Part shown: one piece after another, positions 39,289-54,400 of the stretch
Layout of the letters: the number at the start of each line of letters is the position of its first letter
Numbering within the stretch: the stretch's first letter is position 1
Source: Calcarisporiella thermophila CBS 279.70
Lineage: Eukaryota > Fungi > Calcarisporiellomycota
DNA: 64,000 nt
Direction: 5' to 3'
Assembly: GCF_041956535.1 (NCBI RefSeq)
Contig: NW_027192196.1
Span: forward strand, 737,823-801,822
Translations under genes and position numbers: made by a program
Notes under the pieces: model-generated
What the model was told of the DNA's origin: nothing
The model's database searches: none
Seen by the model: the letters and a program-made list of their open reading frames with translations, nothing else

Positions 39289-40603
39289 AATAGTGCGAAA
39301 GAAAAGAAATATAACCGAATGATGTAAATTATGAAAGCTTTTACGTAGTTCTAGTTATACTATCTTTTAAGCACAATAATAGAGCAAATCGAAATCAATT
39401 CGTAACTGGGCAATTATATTTATATAGATGAATGGGAACCAAAAAGTAAAAATTATGAAACCTGGCATAATTTATAAAAACAGACTAATCGATTTTGTAT
39501 GGTGTACTGCTAAACACGAATAAAAATAGTTTGAGGTCCGAATCTTTAATAGTTTAAAATTTCCTAGATTTTAATATGTAAGATAAATGAAAAAAAAAAA
39601 GAAAAATTCAATACTTATAAGCATCGAAACCAAATAGGTGTATTACCATTGCTAGCAAGATTCTAGTAAGATTACCACTGCATTCCAGGGAGTGCATGCA
39701 ATATTTTTTATATTTTTTGAGTCCAGCACTCCAGGTTAGGAGTGAAATTGAGAGAAGAAAAAGCCTCAAATCACACTTGTATTAATTGATAATGTACATA
39801 TGATCGGCTATGTCGTGTATACTACAGAAAATCATGCTATATTCTGTAATTACTCGAGAAATTCCCCTGTCGTTTTATAGTCTTATTCATGATCTACAAT
39901 ATACCTCGTTTTTAGAGCACTTTCTTGATATCAAGTATAATTGCAGGTTCGAAAATGAATTCACATACGAATGTAAGTTTTATAGGAATGGACTAGGATG
40001 ACAGTATATGTAGGAGATGCTTCAATTTGTACCGAAATTGAGCAGCGGTACTTCAAATGTATTGAAAGATTTTTCAAACTGATCATCTTATATAAATAGC
40101 CGTTTTGCAAGTGCAATAGGGATATGGACTATAGCAGCGACATTATAATTATTAAAAATTTGGAATTGTCCTATATTGCTCGAAACACATGAAATTTAGG
40201 GCCCTTAAAATGAAAAAATTACAAAGTCAAAATACCCAAGTTTTTGAACAAAGCCCGAAATTGAAAGAGAGATATTTTGCTTGGTTGAAGTTCCAATAGG
40301 CTAAACCCCATAATAGAATTACCTTGAATTGACGTGGATAGGATGCGATTCGAAAAGGTAGCGTTCGACCTATAGTAATGAGATATTCAGAAATTTGGTA
40401 TGGAAAACTGGTCAAAATATCGATGATATTCGATACATAATGAATTTATGCAATTCAATAAATGTATCCAAGTCCAAATCTCACCTAGAGGCTAAATTAT
40501 ATCCTTCGATTATCCAAAGTTAAATTATTTAGTCTATCTGAACTTACATTCGCTTTTGCCGACATTTTGGCAACGTTCAGATGACGGAATAAAGAAAATA
40601 TCT

Positions 40604-42186
40604 ATGGATATCGATAACAAAGGAGATATCCTTCCCTCCTCAGATAATGTGCCCATAGTAGGAAGAGTAATTTCAGCATGTGGAGGTGCAATGCTTACAT
40701 CTTTGCTAGGTTTATAACAATACATATCATATATATATATATATATTCTTTGCAAATCTCTCTTGACATTCAATTTGTGGAAATTTAGTAACACCTTTAG
40801 ATGTGGTGAAAACGCGTCTTCAATCACAGGCAGCCACTGGAACTACAGAGCAATCCATAAGACAATGTTGCAGGGAAGTATTCTTCAGTGGAAATACGAC
40901 TATATCTGCGCTTGGTGAGGGAAGTTCACGAGAGTGTATTATGGCAGAACCTTCAAGGTGCATGCAATCGAGAGAAATGCGTGGGACACTGGTAAGATTT
41001 GCGAGTTAGAATACACACTGTTCAATTTTTAATTGTCTTTTTATCTTATTTGTAGGATGGAATGGTTAAAATAATACGCTATGAGGGCGTTACATCTTTA
41101 TGGAGGGGCCTTTCTCCAGTATTGTAAACTTTCTATCGTTCTTTTATGAAACACCAGGATGAGGATTAATGGATAAATATGATAATCTAGAATTATGGCT
41201 GTACCTTCAACCGTCATTTACTACGCTGGGTATGATGCGTTTAAGGAAAGATTACGTTTAAAGTCCAGACATTCACAGTTTTTGCAAGAATATTCACCTT
41301 TAATTGCGGGTGGTACATCTAGAGGTTAGTTGATTCTAAGTAGAGCTTGAATTACAGTTGCAGATTCCACTAATATTACAAATATTTTAGCCCTTGCAGT
41401 TACACTAATATCTCCTCTAGAACTTCTTCGAACTCGACTACAAGCAGAACATGGAGGATATCGGGCTGTTTTAGATGGAATCATAAAAATGGTGCGCACG
41501 CGTGGTTCACGCTCCTTATGGGATGGTCTCTCTGCAACATTATGGCGGGATGTACCATTTTCAGGTAATAGTACTATCTTTCTTCTTTCTTGAATTTCGA
41601 TTAATATATTCTCTCTGGCAGCAATATATTGGTTGGGATACGAGCGAGTCAAGGCACATATATTGTCGCGCTTGACAAAAGAAAAAGTGGATACTCGTGT
41701 GAAAGTCCTAGTATCTTTCTTTGCAGGTGCTATATCAGGATCGGTAAATATTGTAAACACTTATATAATAACAAAATATTAAAATATATGCGAATATTAT
41801 AATTTTAATATAGCTTGCTGCAATAGTCACTACTCCATTTGACACCGTTAAGACCTTACGTCAAATTAAATGTAAATTTTCATAAGCGACATTATGTAAT
41901 TTTTATAAACTCAAAGATGTTGAATAGCAAAGGATCAATTCTCCTCTAGCACCAGAATGATATACGTAATGAGGCAAGTGATTCGAGAAAGAGGTATTGG
42001 AGGACTAATGACAGGTATGGGTTATCTAATATATATCCTCTAAGCTAAATATATTTCGATTAGTTTAATCAAAGTTCAATCCCATCTATGACAGGCGCAA
42101 TCCCAAGAGTGCTAAAGATAACACCTTCTTGTGCAATAATGATATCTTCTTATGAATTTGGCAAAACATTCTTCTCAGAAAAATGA
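40604..42186 (+). CDS. MTM1: Mitochondrial carrier, Mtm1/SLC25A39-40 family
   Basis: [73 protein letters not shown]. Confidence 0.9.
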
Positions 42187-42735
42187 GCTCTTGTACATCC
42201 TCCTTTGATTCAATAATACCGTTGAAAGAGTAATTTTCGAAACTATAGACTTATTTTTCTTCTTAGAAAGTTGCACTAAGAGTTCGATAATTCAAACGTA
42301 CTGATAGCCATATTGAGTTATTGGACATGTAAAGCGTAATCCTTATACCAAACCATATATTAATGAATCATCTAATCCGAATTAAAAGGGGTTGGCGGTT
42401 TAATGCATCCACTCATTCGTACTCACTATTTTAATAGGTAGGATATTACCATGATATTGCCAACGAATCTACAAGCAGAATTGTTGGTCTATTTTTCTTT
42501 TTTTTATATGAAAATTTTTTGCCATTTCTTTAAGCTGCAACTATATTAACTTGTCACTTTTCTAAATCGATTTTTTCTGTGGACCTATTCTTTTTAGAGA
42601 TCTCGAATATGGTAACAAGATACAGCAAAAAGTATATAGTATATTAAAATGAATAAATAAATATAATTTAATAGATACGCATTAAATCATTGCTACTTGT
42701 TCTTGATATATTTAAAGCAAACTGTTTTCCTCACA

Positions 42736-45131
42736 TTATTTTTCGTAGCCTTTGGGAAGATCGCACCATCCCATATGAGTTACACACCACAGGGGAGAAA
42801 TTGGCTCGGCTGCAATTTTGTATCGATGGATCAGCCGGTGTCTCAGTTCTTGTATACGTGGATAAGCTCGCTATTAATTGATAGTCGAATTAAGATGATT
42901 GTAACAAAAAACAAAATAAGATTGCATGGAAAAACCAATCTGTCAAACTTACTTTGACGCTACCAAATGGATCATTGTAATCAATAGCAGTATTGCTTGA
43001 CCACAGTACTTCTCCGGCTGCCGCTGTTCTAGGCCAAATCATACGATCTAAATTCACTGAATCCACCTATTGAGAAAATAACCATAAATATTTTTCCAAT
43101 ATGCTAACTGTAATAGTTCAAATTACTTGTTCAGAAAAAAGTGGGACTTCTCCTCCTAGAACATGCTTTGATTCTTCCTCTGTCAGATTGGCGATCGGAT
43201 TATAGGTATACATGCGCTGCCAAGTTTTATAGGGGTCACACCAGGCACCTGACTCAATCCATCCAGCAGCATGTTTCCCGTGACCACTGTAAAATATTCA
43301 AAATATAAACTAAATTCGATGACCTCACAAAAGAGTGCATACCAGTCCAGGTACCAATAATTGCCTGGCGATGCCACTACTTTGTGGCCAAGCTTGACTA
43401 GAGCTATAGTATCATCAGAAGAGGTCCAACCCTGTGCAACTACATCTGGGACAGTGAGGTTTAGCTCTTTATTCAATAATACCTCCTGCCACACATGCAC
43501 AGTTTTATTCACTGCCTTTGCAAAGCCAACTATTTGATCGGTGAAATTTTGCATGGCATCCTTGACTGTGGATCCAGTTGAATTGAGATACTGTTGGAAT
43601 TTTGGATCTTGCTTATAGCCTAACAACCGAAATAAAATCAAGATGTAAGTAAATTGATCATGTCATATAGGAAAATTTGAAATCCAAGTATTCCGCACAT
43701 TTCAGGCCAACCTATGTAGAAACCTAGGATTAATATTATTTTAGTAAGTTAAAGTGTTATTATTCCAAACCTCATCACCCCCAAGGTGTATGGAAGCATC
43801 AGGGAACCAGCTAGCAACTTCATGAATTATATTGCGAATTATCTCCATAGACGCAGAGTTACTTATATTAATCTCCCCGGCTTTAAGAATTTGTGATTAT
43901 ATTAATAAGAAGCATATGTTTGTAATAGTTACTAGGCATACTTGGAGGCTGTGGTTCTAGTGCGCGCCAGTCAGGTTGAACATTGGGACAAATTAACATG
44001 TCTGGAAATGCTGAACCCATAGCGAAAGCATGTCCAGGCATTTCAATTTCTGGGATAATTCGGATTGCTCGCTGCGTAAAACAGATTTTCTGGTTAATAT
44101 TCTAAAAAACACTTAATTTTACAACAGTACCTCATGTGCATATTGCACTAGCTCTTTGATGTCATTCGATGTGTAAATGAAACCAGGTACATCTACATCA
44201 TAAGATTTTTCGCGTAGGTGAGGATAGATTTCGGAAGCCAAGGAATATGAGGTCTGATCGCTAAGATGCAGATGAAGCACGTTAAACTTGGCGAAACTCA
44301 TGCCATCGATGGTACGTTTCAAATCTTCAACTGGCAGAAAGTTTCGTGCCACGTCAATCATAATTCCTCGGTGTGGAAATCGGGGTCGGTCTTCTATATG
44401 CCAAGGAGCTATATATACCAGTATATATATACCAGTTAGAGCTTCAATTTGGATTCACGATATACAATAAAGACTTACCATATGCAATTACAAGCTCGCC
44501 CTTATTCATACTCACCAACTGTGACAACGTTTCGAGGCCATGTATAGCACCATATACTAAACCTTTTGTGAGCTAGATATGATATTAAAATCGGAGAGAG
44601 TGAAGAACTTACCTGTTTTTGCTTGGATTGTGGCCTTGGAGCCTTCCTGCGATTGCAAAATTTCCGTTATATATATACAAAGTGTTAATGATTACCCACA
44701 TGATATTATTTACAAATATTTACTTCAGCAGTGATTTCCAACACATAGGATTCGTCAGTAGTTAACCCAATGCTTTGGTTTGCATCTTCCACTGTCACTT
44801 GCACACCATCTAACTGGAATTCGGCTGGACCCACTTGAATCATGTTCTGACGACTCATTGCATCGCCTGACGAATTCACTGGAGTTGGCGCCCATTTTAC
44901 CTTCCAAGCCCACTTCTCGTTAATAATAAGTTCTTCATAACGATTTGCGGCCGCTCTAAGGATATCCAAGTTTGCACCTTCGCCTTGAACCACAATCTTG
45001 AAATCTTTAGCAATGCCGACTGTTTTATTCCCCTGACTGAAATTTTGGGGCAGGGGCCAGATATAGGCGCTATGCACCGTGGCAAACAGAGCAACAAGTG
45101 CAATAAGAATAGAGAATAAGTTAACATGCAT
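42736..45131 (-). CDS. Secreted beta-N-acetylhexosaminidase (GH20)
   Basis: Signal peptide, [51 protein letters not shown]. Confidence 0.92.
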
Positions 45132-45839
45132 TTCACTCAATTTATGCAGTTTGTAAAAGTAGTTGGTTTACTGAGGCCCCTCCCTCCCATAAAATTCGAT
45201 GAAAGAACGAAAAATCTCGTGAATCATCAAATTGCACAAGGTTTTTCCTCGGTTAGAGATATAAGGAAATTTGCCTTATTGAATTAGATATTATATAGGA
45301 GCACGAAGACTAATTGGGCACAGACTCTTATCCTAGTTTGGATCAATGACCAAGTTTACCCCGCGTTCCTTATTTAAGAATATCAAACTTAATCTGAAAG
45401 ATTCAACAGAAGTAGGTACTATAGCTATCGGTAGAGATAAGAATTTCTGCCAATATATATGATCAAATAGTTATATATCCAATGCCTCAACGCCAACTGG
45501 CTATTAACATAAGACACGTGTTTGGGACTACATCAACAAAACTTTCAAAATGCTTTGCCAAATAATTGTAAGTTCATATACTTTCATATACGTCCATTAT
45601 TAGTCGTATTAAAGGATACAAGTTTTATTGAATTTGCAATGGTAGGCAGAATTATGTAATATAAACCATCGTTATAGTGATTATCGTATTCGTTTTTGTT
45701 TGCCTAAATATACTCGTTCTGGAATATAAGTGCAATAAAAATATTTAGTATCACAGTATTCCATGTGGCCAATAAAATTTCTATATATTTATTGTTTTAT
45801 GTCAAAACAGAGGTATATCTATATGTTTATTCAAATTTG

Positions 45840-47884
45840 ATGAAAGATCAATATTTCACATCTTTTAATGCAACTTACTATTCGCCTCTTGGTTCCCTTT
45901 CCCCACTGCTATTAGAAGAAGGTTGGCTTCTAGTTGGGGAAACAGCTATTACACTCGCAAATGGAAGAGGAGTGGATGTATTTTATAAAGTAATGGTAAG
46001 TATAACCATGATCCAATTCCCGATGGTTAGTTAATTTAGATGAAGTACAATAGGAACAATGGATAAAGGAGCCTAATTTAGTAATTCCACCGGTGAAGTA
46101 TGGAGAAATATTTTTCGATACGGTAGAAGGGAATTCGAGAAGGATCAAACGGCGTTTAATTTCCAAACGTCCAACAAAGGATCCAGTAGTAGAAGAGTGC
46201 ATTGAAATATCTGAAAAAGCTGAAGGAGGTCCTTATCACTTTATTAGCAAATTGTTAAAATCATCTTTAAATCGAAAATTATTGAATAGTTAGGGCTACA
46301 TTTACACCCCAAGGCGAACTTCCATTTTATTATCCTAAGGTAATCTTTGATTTCTTTTTCTGATATCTTGAAGTTCTTGCAGCTGAACAAGTTTTACATA
46401 GGTGAAAGCGTTCTCCTTTATTCTATCAGAAATAAATGGGTAGGTCAACTTTATTTAAAGATATAGTAGGATATCAGAATATCAATGCATCAATTAATCA
46501 ATTTCTTGGTCATCGTGCTCAGCGTTACCAAACTGTGTATGGAAATAATGCCTTTAGAAAAGGATATGGTAGTGCAGGTGTCAGACAAGATGGTAAGCAT
46601 TTATGATATTATAAATCTCTATCTTTATTTAATTGAAAAAATGTAGAGAAGTGCATTAAAACAGCTCTTTCACACACTTTTCCGGTGGTGTGTGAACACG
46701 AGTCTTGGTTACAAGAAGCGTATGATCCATGATCAGCTAGTGCCTAAGGATCGATTTAGAAACAAATATGAGAGGCTTAAATCAAAATATGCTGACAGAT
46801 GGGTTAGGTACAGATAAATGTTGAAATATATGAATCTGCTGATACGAGCTTATATCTGAATTCAAGAAATTGGCCAGAGAAAACCGACCCTCGAAAATTT
46901 GTTTATGAAGACCTATTGATAGCAAGCTTTATCATCTCGTTGTGGGAACTTGAAGGCAGTTCGGGGTAAGTCGAATTCTCAGTTGTATTTTGCTTTTTTT
47001 AACCATATATTAATATATAGAAAATTCGTTGAGCTAGGATGCGGCAATGGGTTGCTTACACATATTCTGTGTTCAGAAGGTTATGAAGGGTTTGGGATAG
47101 ATCTTGCTAAACGAAAAGTGTGGGATTTATACGAAAACACATCGTTAGTCGGTAGTTATTATTCACTGTTTTGCAAGATTATTTTGTATTTGATAATACC
47201 TAATTGATGAACTAGTGGAAACTCTAAACCCACCTCATTTACGTTATGAGGGAGTAGAATGGTTCATCGGAAATCACGCTGATGAAATGATACCATGGTG
47301 AGTCAATATCTTTCACTTAGGGATCTTATTGAAATTGGCTTCTTAGGTTAATTTTCAAATAAAATACAAAGGATTCCTATTGTAGCAACCAGAAGTGGGC
47401 CAGATTGCAAGTATGCTGATTGAGAATAAGCATCGCTTCTATTCATGCATTCTAACACGGAAAGCAGGGTCTTTGTTATTCCTTGTTGTTTTTTTGCACT
47501 CTCAGGCAAAAAACACATTTTCTCTGCAGAGCAAATACGAAATGGGAGATACGAGTCTTACCTCGCGGAGATAGAGCGAATTATGCAGCTATGTGGATTC
47601 AGGCCTCAAAGAGAAAACCTGCGAATTCCGAGCACTAAAAATGTAGGAATTGTAGGAAGGCGTCATGGTACACTACTATTTAGATCCTTTGACTTTTTGA
47701 CGCTTATGCATATATATTTTTAGATGCGGGGTCGTATGAGCAAGCACTTTATAGCGCTAATAAGCTAGCCAGCTGTAATTTTTTGCCACGAAAATCAGAC
47801 AGAGAAAAAGATATCATGTATCACCAAAAAAAGGAAATGAGAGATAAGCGGATGGAAAATAATCGCCCGTCTCACTGTGTATAG
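45840..47884 (+). CDS. TRM44: tRNA (uracil-O2')-methyltransferase Trm44
   Basis: [57 protein letters not shown]. Confidence 0.9.
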
Positions 47885-47906
47885 AATATATATGAATAAA
47901 TCTCGT

Positions 47907-49042
47907 TTAGAGTTCAGCTAGTAACTTCATAACATCTGTGATTGATACTACGCCAATGGGTTTCCTTTCAATTAGTACCCAAACTCGATGGACTTTGAGA
48001 CGTGCCATGAGTTGAATTGAATCAATGATAACCCCAGACTTAGGCAGTGCAACCGGATCAGTTGATTTTCTATTCTCAATTCTTCGCCATCCATGAATCT
48101 TAATAATTTTCAGTGAATATCATTTATATATCTAAAAAAAAAGCTAATAGCTACCTTCAAATAATCAATAGCTGGCAATCCAAGCCGTTGAATACCTTGA
48201 AGGGTAATACCACGCAAATCCGACAGACTCATGTTAGCAGCGATTTCATTTTCACTTTTAAAGGTAAAAATAGAGAGGTGAACAATTATCCTTTCACTTG
48301 AAAATAACTCCATTACCTATTTATGATAGGAAGCGAACTTAATTTAGCATCACTCATTTTTCTTAACACTTCAATTGCAGTCATATCATCCCGTGCTGTT
48401 ACTAGGGTTTTTTCATAATCTGAGAGAGATTTAACGCAGATCTCATTTGGAATACTTTCAGGATGACTATAGATATAACGAATAATATCACTCTGCGAAA
48501 GGATCCATGGAGTAGAATCATTAACTAGGACATGATGATATCCACTTGCAAACGCTTTGATAGACTACTTTAATATCAGAGATGAACATAAAATAATCAA
48601 GATCTAAATTCACTGACGTACCACTTCCATCTTTTCCCATCCTTCGATATAATACATTCGGTAGCTTTCTGCATCCGCATCCAACCTAGTAACATTCTCG
48701 ATAGGATCAGATAATTTCTTTGCTTCTAGGGTTACTGCATGATTTTCAACACTAGCATAGCGGAGAATATAATCCAAAATATCCAACAAAGTAATAATAG
48801 CCTGAACTCCTTTATTATGATCATGACTAATATAGGAAGAGATGTGTATTTTCAATATAACATTTAAAAGTCTAATACGAATATTACCTGTAAATGGGCA
48901 AACAAGTTATGTTATTAATTGACATTGTGCTAAGTGCCTGGCGTACGGGCATTTCCGGGCGCGCAGCGATCAGCGAGCGATGTGGAAAATGGGCCACACG
49001 CCGAAATTCATCCACAGTGATATTACAAAGTTCAATGGGCAT
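47907..49042 (-). CDS. Tandem CBS-domain protein (Sds23/AMPK-gamma-like)
   Basis: NNITCLPIY, IITLLDIL, ILSQSDIIRY, NMSLSDLRG, KVHRVWV..PIGVVSITDVM. Confidence 0.8.
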
Positions 49043-49279
49043 GGTGAAAACTATTGTAGTTTGCCACTCGATTTAATCTTTGCCTAATAAAATTAAAATA
49101 CAAAAAACATTAAATACCGAATAGAATTTTGGAAATTTCAAAAAAATTTCAAAATTTATAAAAAATTATAAATTTCAACTTTTATTTAAATTTTTCCTTT
49201 TTATTTTTTTTATTTTTTTGGTTAAATTTGATTTTATTTCTCAAAATACAAAATTGAATAGGAAGCGTTTTAATAATCC

Positions 49280-51272
49280 TTAATTCTTAGTAGTTTTAGA
49301 GGTTTGAGAAACTCGCTGTCCACTGGTTGTTGATGAGAGTATTTGTTCGTCAATAAAAAGCCAAGGAAGCATCTCATTCCACTGATCTGCCCACGAAGTA
49401 CTAGCAAAGAGCTGCGCGTACTCGCGCATGGTTTCAAGGCGAGGAGCATTTTTGGAAAATTCCTTAAACAATGACTAAGAAATTGGGACAATTAAATAAT
49501 TAAATAGTATTAATTATATAATAACTTATGAGCTGACTTACTTCAAATTGATCCGCTAGCTCATTAGCATCGTTGAAAATCAGTCCATTTTTCCCGTTAT
49601 CAACAAGCTCGTGTAAACTATGAATCAACAACAGAGAATTACCTCTATAGCGGCAAAGTCAATCGTAATCTGATATCCTTACCACTCGAAATTTAACGCA
49701 CAAACTGGTAAACTACACCCGAACATATCTACGATCTTCATTGGTAAATCTTTTCCAGAGCTTGATCGATGCAAACTGACACCAATATCAGCAGAACCTA
49801 ACCAAAATTGAATACTAATTATAAAGAAAAATTAAATGCCTCGAAAAAGATAGAGTTTTTACCCAAAAGAAGAGGATAATCAGCGGCTTCGAGCCATAAA
49901 GTAACAATTCGCGTATAAGCAAGTTGCATTTTGCTTATTTTTTCTTCGTAATAGTGCTTCATTGGGCCTTTTCCAGTAATCGCAAAGAGTATTTTCGGGA
50001 ATTGTCCATTCTTATTCTGTTCTGCCTCAGAAGCCCTTTCCTCATATCTGGAAATTGCGTCCAACAGAAGCGAGAAATCCTCGTCTTCTGTCCAACTAGT
50101 GCTACTTACTACTAATAGCGGACGATCAGGCCGAAATGCAGCGGTTTTTTCGGAACCTTCTCCAGCATCAGTGATATAAGTGAAAAGTGTCGATTGGTCA
50201 CTGGTCGGAATGGACCAGCCGTGTGTTAGAGTTTGTGATTCAAGAACATTTTCCAGGCGCACTCGCTTATGAAACTAATTTAATCAATGGTAAATAAATC
50301 GTATAAAAAAAATATAGATAATGAAATACTTTATGAATTTCGTTGACAGTTAATCGCTTGAAATGTCTTTGTGGTTTATCATAAAACACAATTATTTTTC
50401 CTCTATCATAAAGTGAAAGGATAAGAGTTAGATACAGGTTTTCTGATATCCTCAAACAGAGCTTACTTGACATTCCATTTCTTTAATTCATCTGCCATTG
50501 CTTGTGTAACACAAAGATGAGCATATGCCTTACTCCCAAATTTCTTTTCATACCTTAGGGCGCAAATAAGATATGTTAATGGTTTTTAAATATAGAACAT
50601 CGAACAAAATGAATGACGGCAAACTAACCATTTTGCAAAATTGACAATAGGGTGCGTTGTTCCCAAACGGAGCGCAAGTTGACTATATCCGAAATTATGC
50701 CAATCAATAATAAGCCAGGCACTTCGAAACCATGCCACTAGTTGTGCAACTGCCAAGGTTGGAATTGAGGGAGGATTCTAATTGCAACATATGTAAGATT
50801 CTGATCGAAGAAAATTAAAAGATTAGATTACTTGGACGAAGATGTAATTTGGAGCTACAGTTGCAATTCCCATTATGAAGGTTAACTGTACTGTCAGCCA
50901 AATCGCTTTAAATGGAGAGAATAAGAGATAGAAGATCTTAGGAAATCCGGAGGGCACCTTCCACGCTTCACTAATTTTGATCACTTTAATATAGCGGTGA
51001 GTGCTGACTCGTGCAATTGGTTTTGTATCCACATAACCAATGAGGTCGACAGAACATCCTGCATCGGCTAAAGAAACAGCGTGGTACTGCATGCGCGGAG
51101 ACCTTCCAATATCTCCTAAAACTAGCATCTGGACATGGGGACGGTTCCTGAATGCCGCAATGTTACCCGAGAAGGTGTAGAGACGGGCAATGCGACCAAT
51201 GAGTGCAAAAATAATTAGCCCTATTAGCAATATACCGATTGTACTATAGGATGAATCGTATTCTGAACTCAT
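49280..51272 (-). CDS. ALG1: Chitobiosyldiphosphodolichol beta-1,4-mannosyltransferase
   Basis: [59 protein letters not shown]. Confidence 0.95.
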
Positions 51273-51428
51273 GTTTCTAATGAAATAAGTTGGTAATAAT
51301 TAGGACATTAATAAGGCTCCCATGTTAATATCGAGACTGCGACTGTGACTGTTTATGAATTGAAAGTTATTTGTAAACATTATCTGTTACTTTTAGCCAG
51401 TATTCTTTATATATTAATTTAAGAGATC

Positions 51429-54400
51429 ATGTCAGTTTCCAAGTTAGACTCGTTAGGAAATGATGTCCAAAGTATACAACTTAAATCAAGGTATATTCAA
51501 TGATATATCTGCTTTATATTCAATGAATTTAATCCAGAGTTTAATATAAACCAATGTGGGATTTAGCTTTGTATCAGTAAGGACTATAGAATCAATCTAC
51601 AGCGGGGGAAAAGTTTCTATAATACAAGGATCCGATAAAGAATATGGGGGCGATTTACTGATAGCAACAGTCGGAGAGGATATTAATATAATTGAACTCG
51701 AAAGTGGGTTACAGAAATTCAGATTAAAAGGGGTAGTTATTTATTATTTTAATTTTCAAATTGTGATATATTTACAATATAATGGCTTTACAAAGGATAC
51801 AGAGATAATTACTACTTTTGCAGCTAAACCTAATGGCAAGCATCTTGTCTCCGCAAGTCGAAGTCTTGTTATAAAAATTTGGGATTTATTGACTGGTCAG
51901 ATTATTCGAAGCTTCAAGGTGAGTGAACTGCACTAGCATATTAAATATATTTCCTTATTTATTGACGTAAATAATTCATCTCAATTCTGTAATAGGCTCA
52001 CGATGCACCAGTCATAGCCATGGATATAGATTCGACATCCACTCTGGTGGCAACAGGTTCAGCAGATAGTACTGTAAAAGTATGGGATATAGACCGAGGT
52101 TATTGCACACACAATTTCAAGGGACATGGAGGAGTAGTAAGTGCTGTGCGATTTCATCCTGATAAGAAGCGGTGGATGCTCGTATCTGGGGCAGACGATT
52201 GCCAAATTCGCCTCTGGGATTTACAAAAACGATCTTGTCTCGCAGTCCTAGAGAGCCATGTAAGCGTCATCCGTGGTCTCGATTTCACCAATGATGGAAA
52301 TCGCCTTGTTAGCGGCTCTCGTGACAAGGTGGTAAATGTGTGGGATCTACAGGATTATAAATTAATAAACACGTTTCCAGTCTATGAGGTGAGTTAATAT
52401 TCTTTGTTTTTTAATTTCTTGATATAAAGTCTAATGGGCTTTTTATATAGACTCTAGAAACGGTTGGTGTACTGGAGAATGGCATATCTGTTAATAATGA
52501 CGGAACAAACCAAGAGCTCTTTTACACCGGCGGAGAGAAAGGAGTTGTGCGTATCTGGGATTTGAAGAGTGGTAAACTAGTCCAATCAGAGAAAGATGAC
52601 AAGGCGACGAGATACATTAATGACATTGTGTAAGAGATATTAACGAAATTATATTGATTTTAGCAAGTAATAATATTAATACAATTTTCGCATAATAGTT
52701 ATCTGAGGCACAAACGATGCATGGCAGTCGTGACCAGTGACCAAAACATCTTATTCTATAACTTGGACGAACAATTGAGCTGTACTAAGCAGGTTGTAGG
52801 CTATAATGATGAAATCATCGATGCTGCTTATATAGGTAGTGAAGAGCAGCATCTTGCACTGGCCACTAACAGTGAGCAAATACGAGTATTTCACCTTGAA
52901 AAATACGACTGTGACCTCGTACTTGGTCACACAGATATAGTCCTATGCTTGGATCGGACTCGTGATGGGACAATGCTCGCTTCAGGCTCGAAAGATCGTA
53001 CTGCGCGGTTATGGGCGATTAATATCGATGCTCAAGAGCGAGAAAAGCGCTATCGATGTTTGGCAGTATGCGTTGGTCATACTGAGGCTATAAGCGCAAT
53101 TGCTTTACCGAAAAAAAGCAACTCCTTTATACTTACCGCTAGCCAAGATCATACTGTGAAATGCTGGGATATATCCAATATTGGTATTTATTTGAGTTTT
53201 GATATTATAAATATTATAAATTTCAAATCACTGACACTTTTACTTTTTGATTTCTTAGATAAAGGAAAAGAGGATCTTCGCCCCCGAGCACTATATACAC
53301 TAAAAGCGCATGAGAAAGATATCAATTCTATTTGCGTGGCCCCAAATGACAAATTGTTTGCAACCGGTTCTCAAGACAAAACCGCTAAAATATGGTCAAG
53401 AGAAAATGGTCAATTATTGGGTACATGTCATGGCCATAAACGAGGAGTGTGGTGTGTTCAGTTTTCTCCTATCGACAAAGTATTAGCCACAAGCTCCGGA
53501 GATAAAACAATTCGCATCTGGAGTCTCAATGATTTTAGTTGTTTGAAGGTATTAACTGCAATATTATCTCTCATTTATTGTATATATACTAATTACAAAT
53601 ACGTTTATCAAATAATATGTAAAGACATTCGAAGGGCATACCAATTCTGTGCTTAAAGTCTCATTCATCTCTGCCGGAATGCAGCTTATGTCCTGTGGAT
53701 CTGATGGCTTAGTTAAGCTTTGGACAATTAAAACAAGCGAGTGTAACAATACCCTTGATAATCACACAGAAAAGGTCAGTATATCTAAATTAATATTCAA
53801 TGAAAACATTTAACTAACGCCATCAATGACGTCTAGATATGGGCAATGGCGATTCGAAAAGACGAGAAAATGGTAGTAACAGGGGGTGCGGACTCCGTTG
53901 TAAATTTTTGGGAGGATCGAACCAAACAAGAGCAAGAGCAAGAGCTGAAAGAGAAAGAAGAAAAAATTTTAATGTAAAATAATGCTTTATTTGTCCACTT
54001 TCCAGCTAATTAACATCTTTTATTGAATATATTCTATAGGGAGCAGGATTTGGCCAACTACTTACTCAAAAAAGACTATCGTAATGCAATCGCCCTTGCC
54101 ATGTCATTGAATCAACCATATCGCCTTTTAGGCTTGTTTACTGAGCTTTTAAACAATGTGCATAAAGCAGCGAATAGCATTGATGCACAGCAAGATTGTA
54201 TAACTGGATCGCAAGAATTGGATGAGATTCTCTCAGTCTTAACAAAAGAGCAAATTGAAAAATTATTAGAATATGTGCGTGACTGGAACACTAATTCAAA
54301 GCACTCTCGGGTGGCTCAGACAATTCTTTACGCATTATTACATACATATTCTTCTGATCAACTTGTTGAAATTTCCGGGTTTAAAGAGGTGAGCAGTTTA

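Noticed and set aside
49080-49260. Extremely AT-rich tract with imperfect inverted repeats
   Set aside because: Low-complexity sequence between ALG1 and the CBS gene; no terminal repeats or target-site duplication indicating a MITE.
25172-51272. Apparent glycan/cell-wall gene cluster (CHS, EDEM, O-FucT, GH20, ALG1)
   Set aside because: Interspersed with unrelated housekeeping genes and drawn from different pathways; no shared motif seen. Conserved synteny would be needed.
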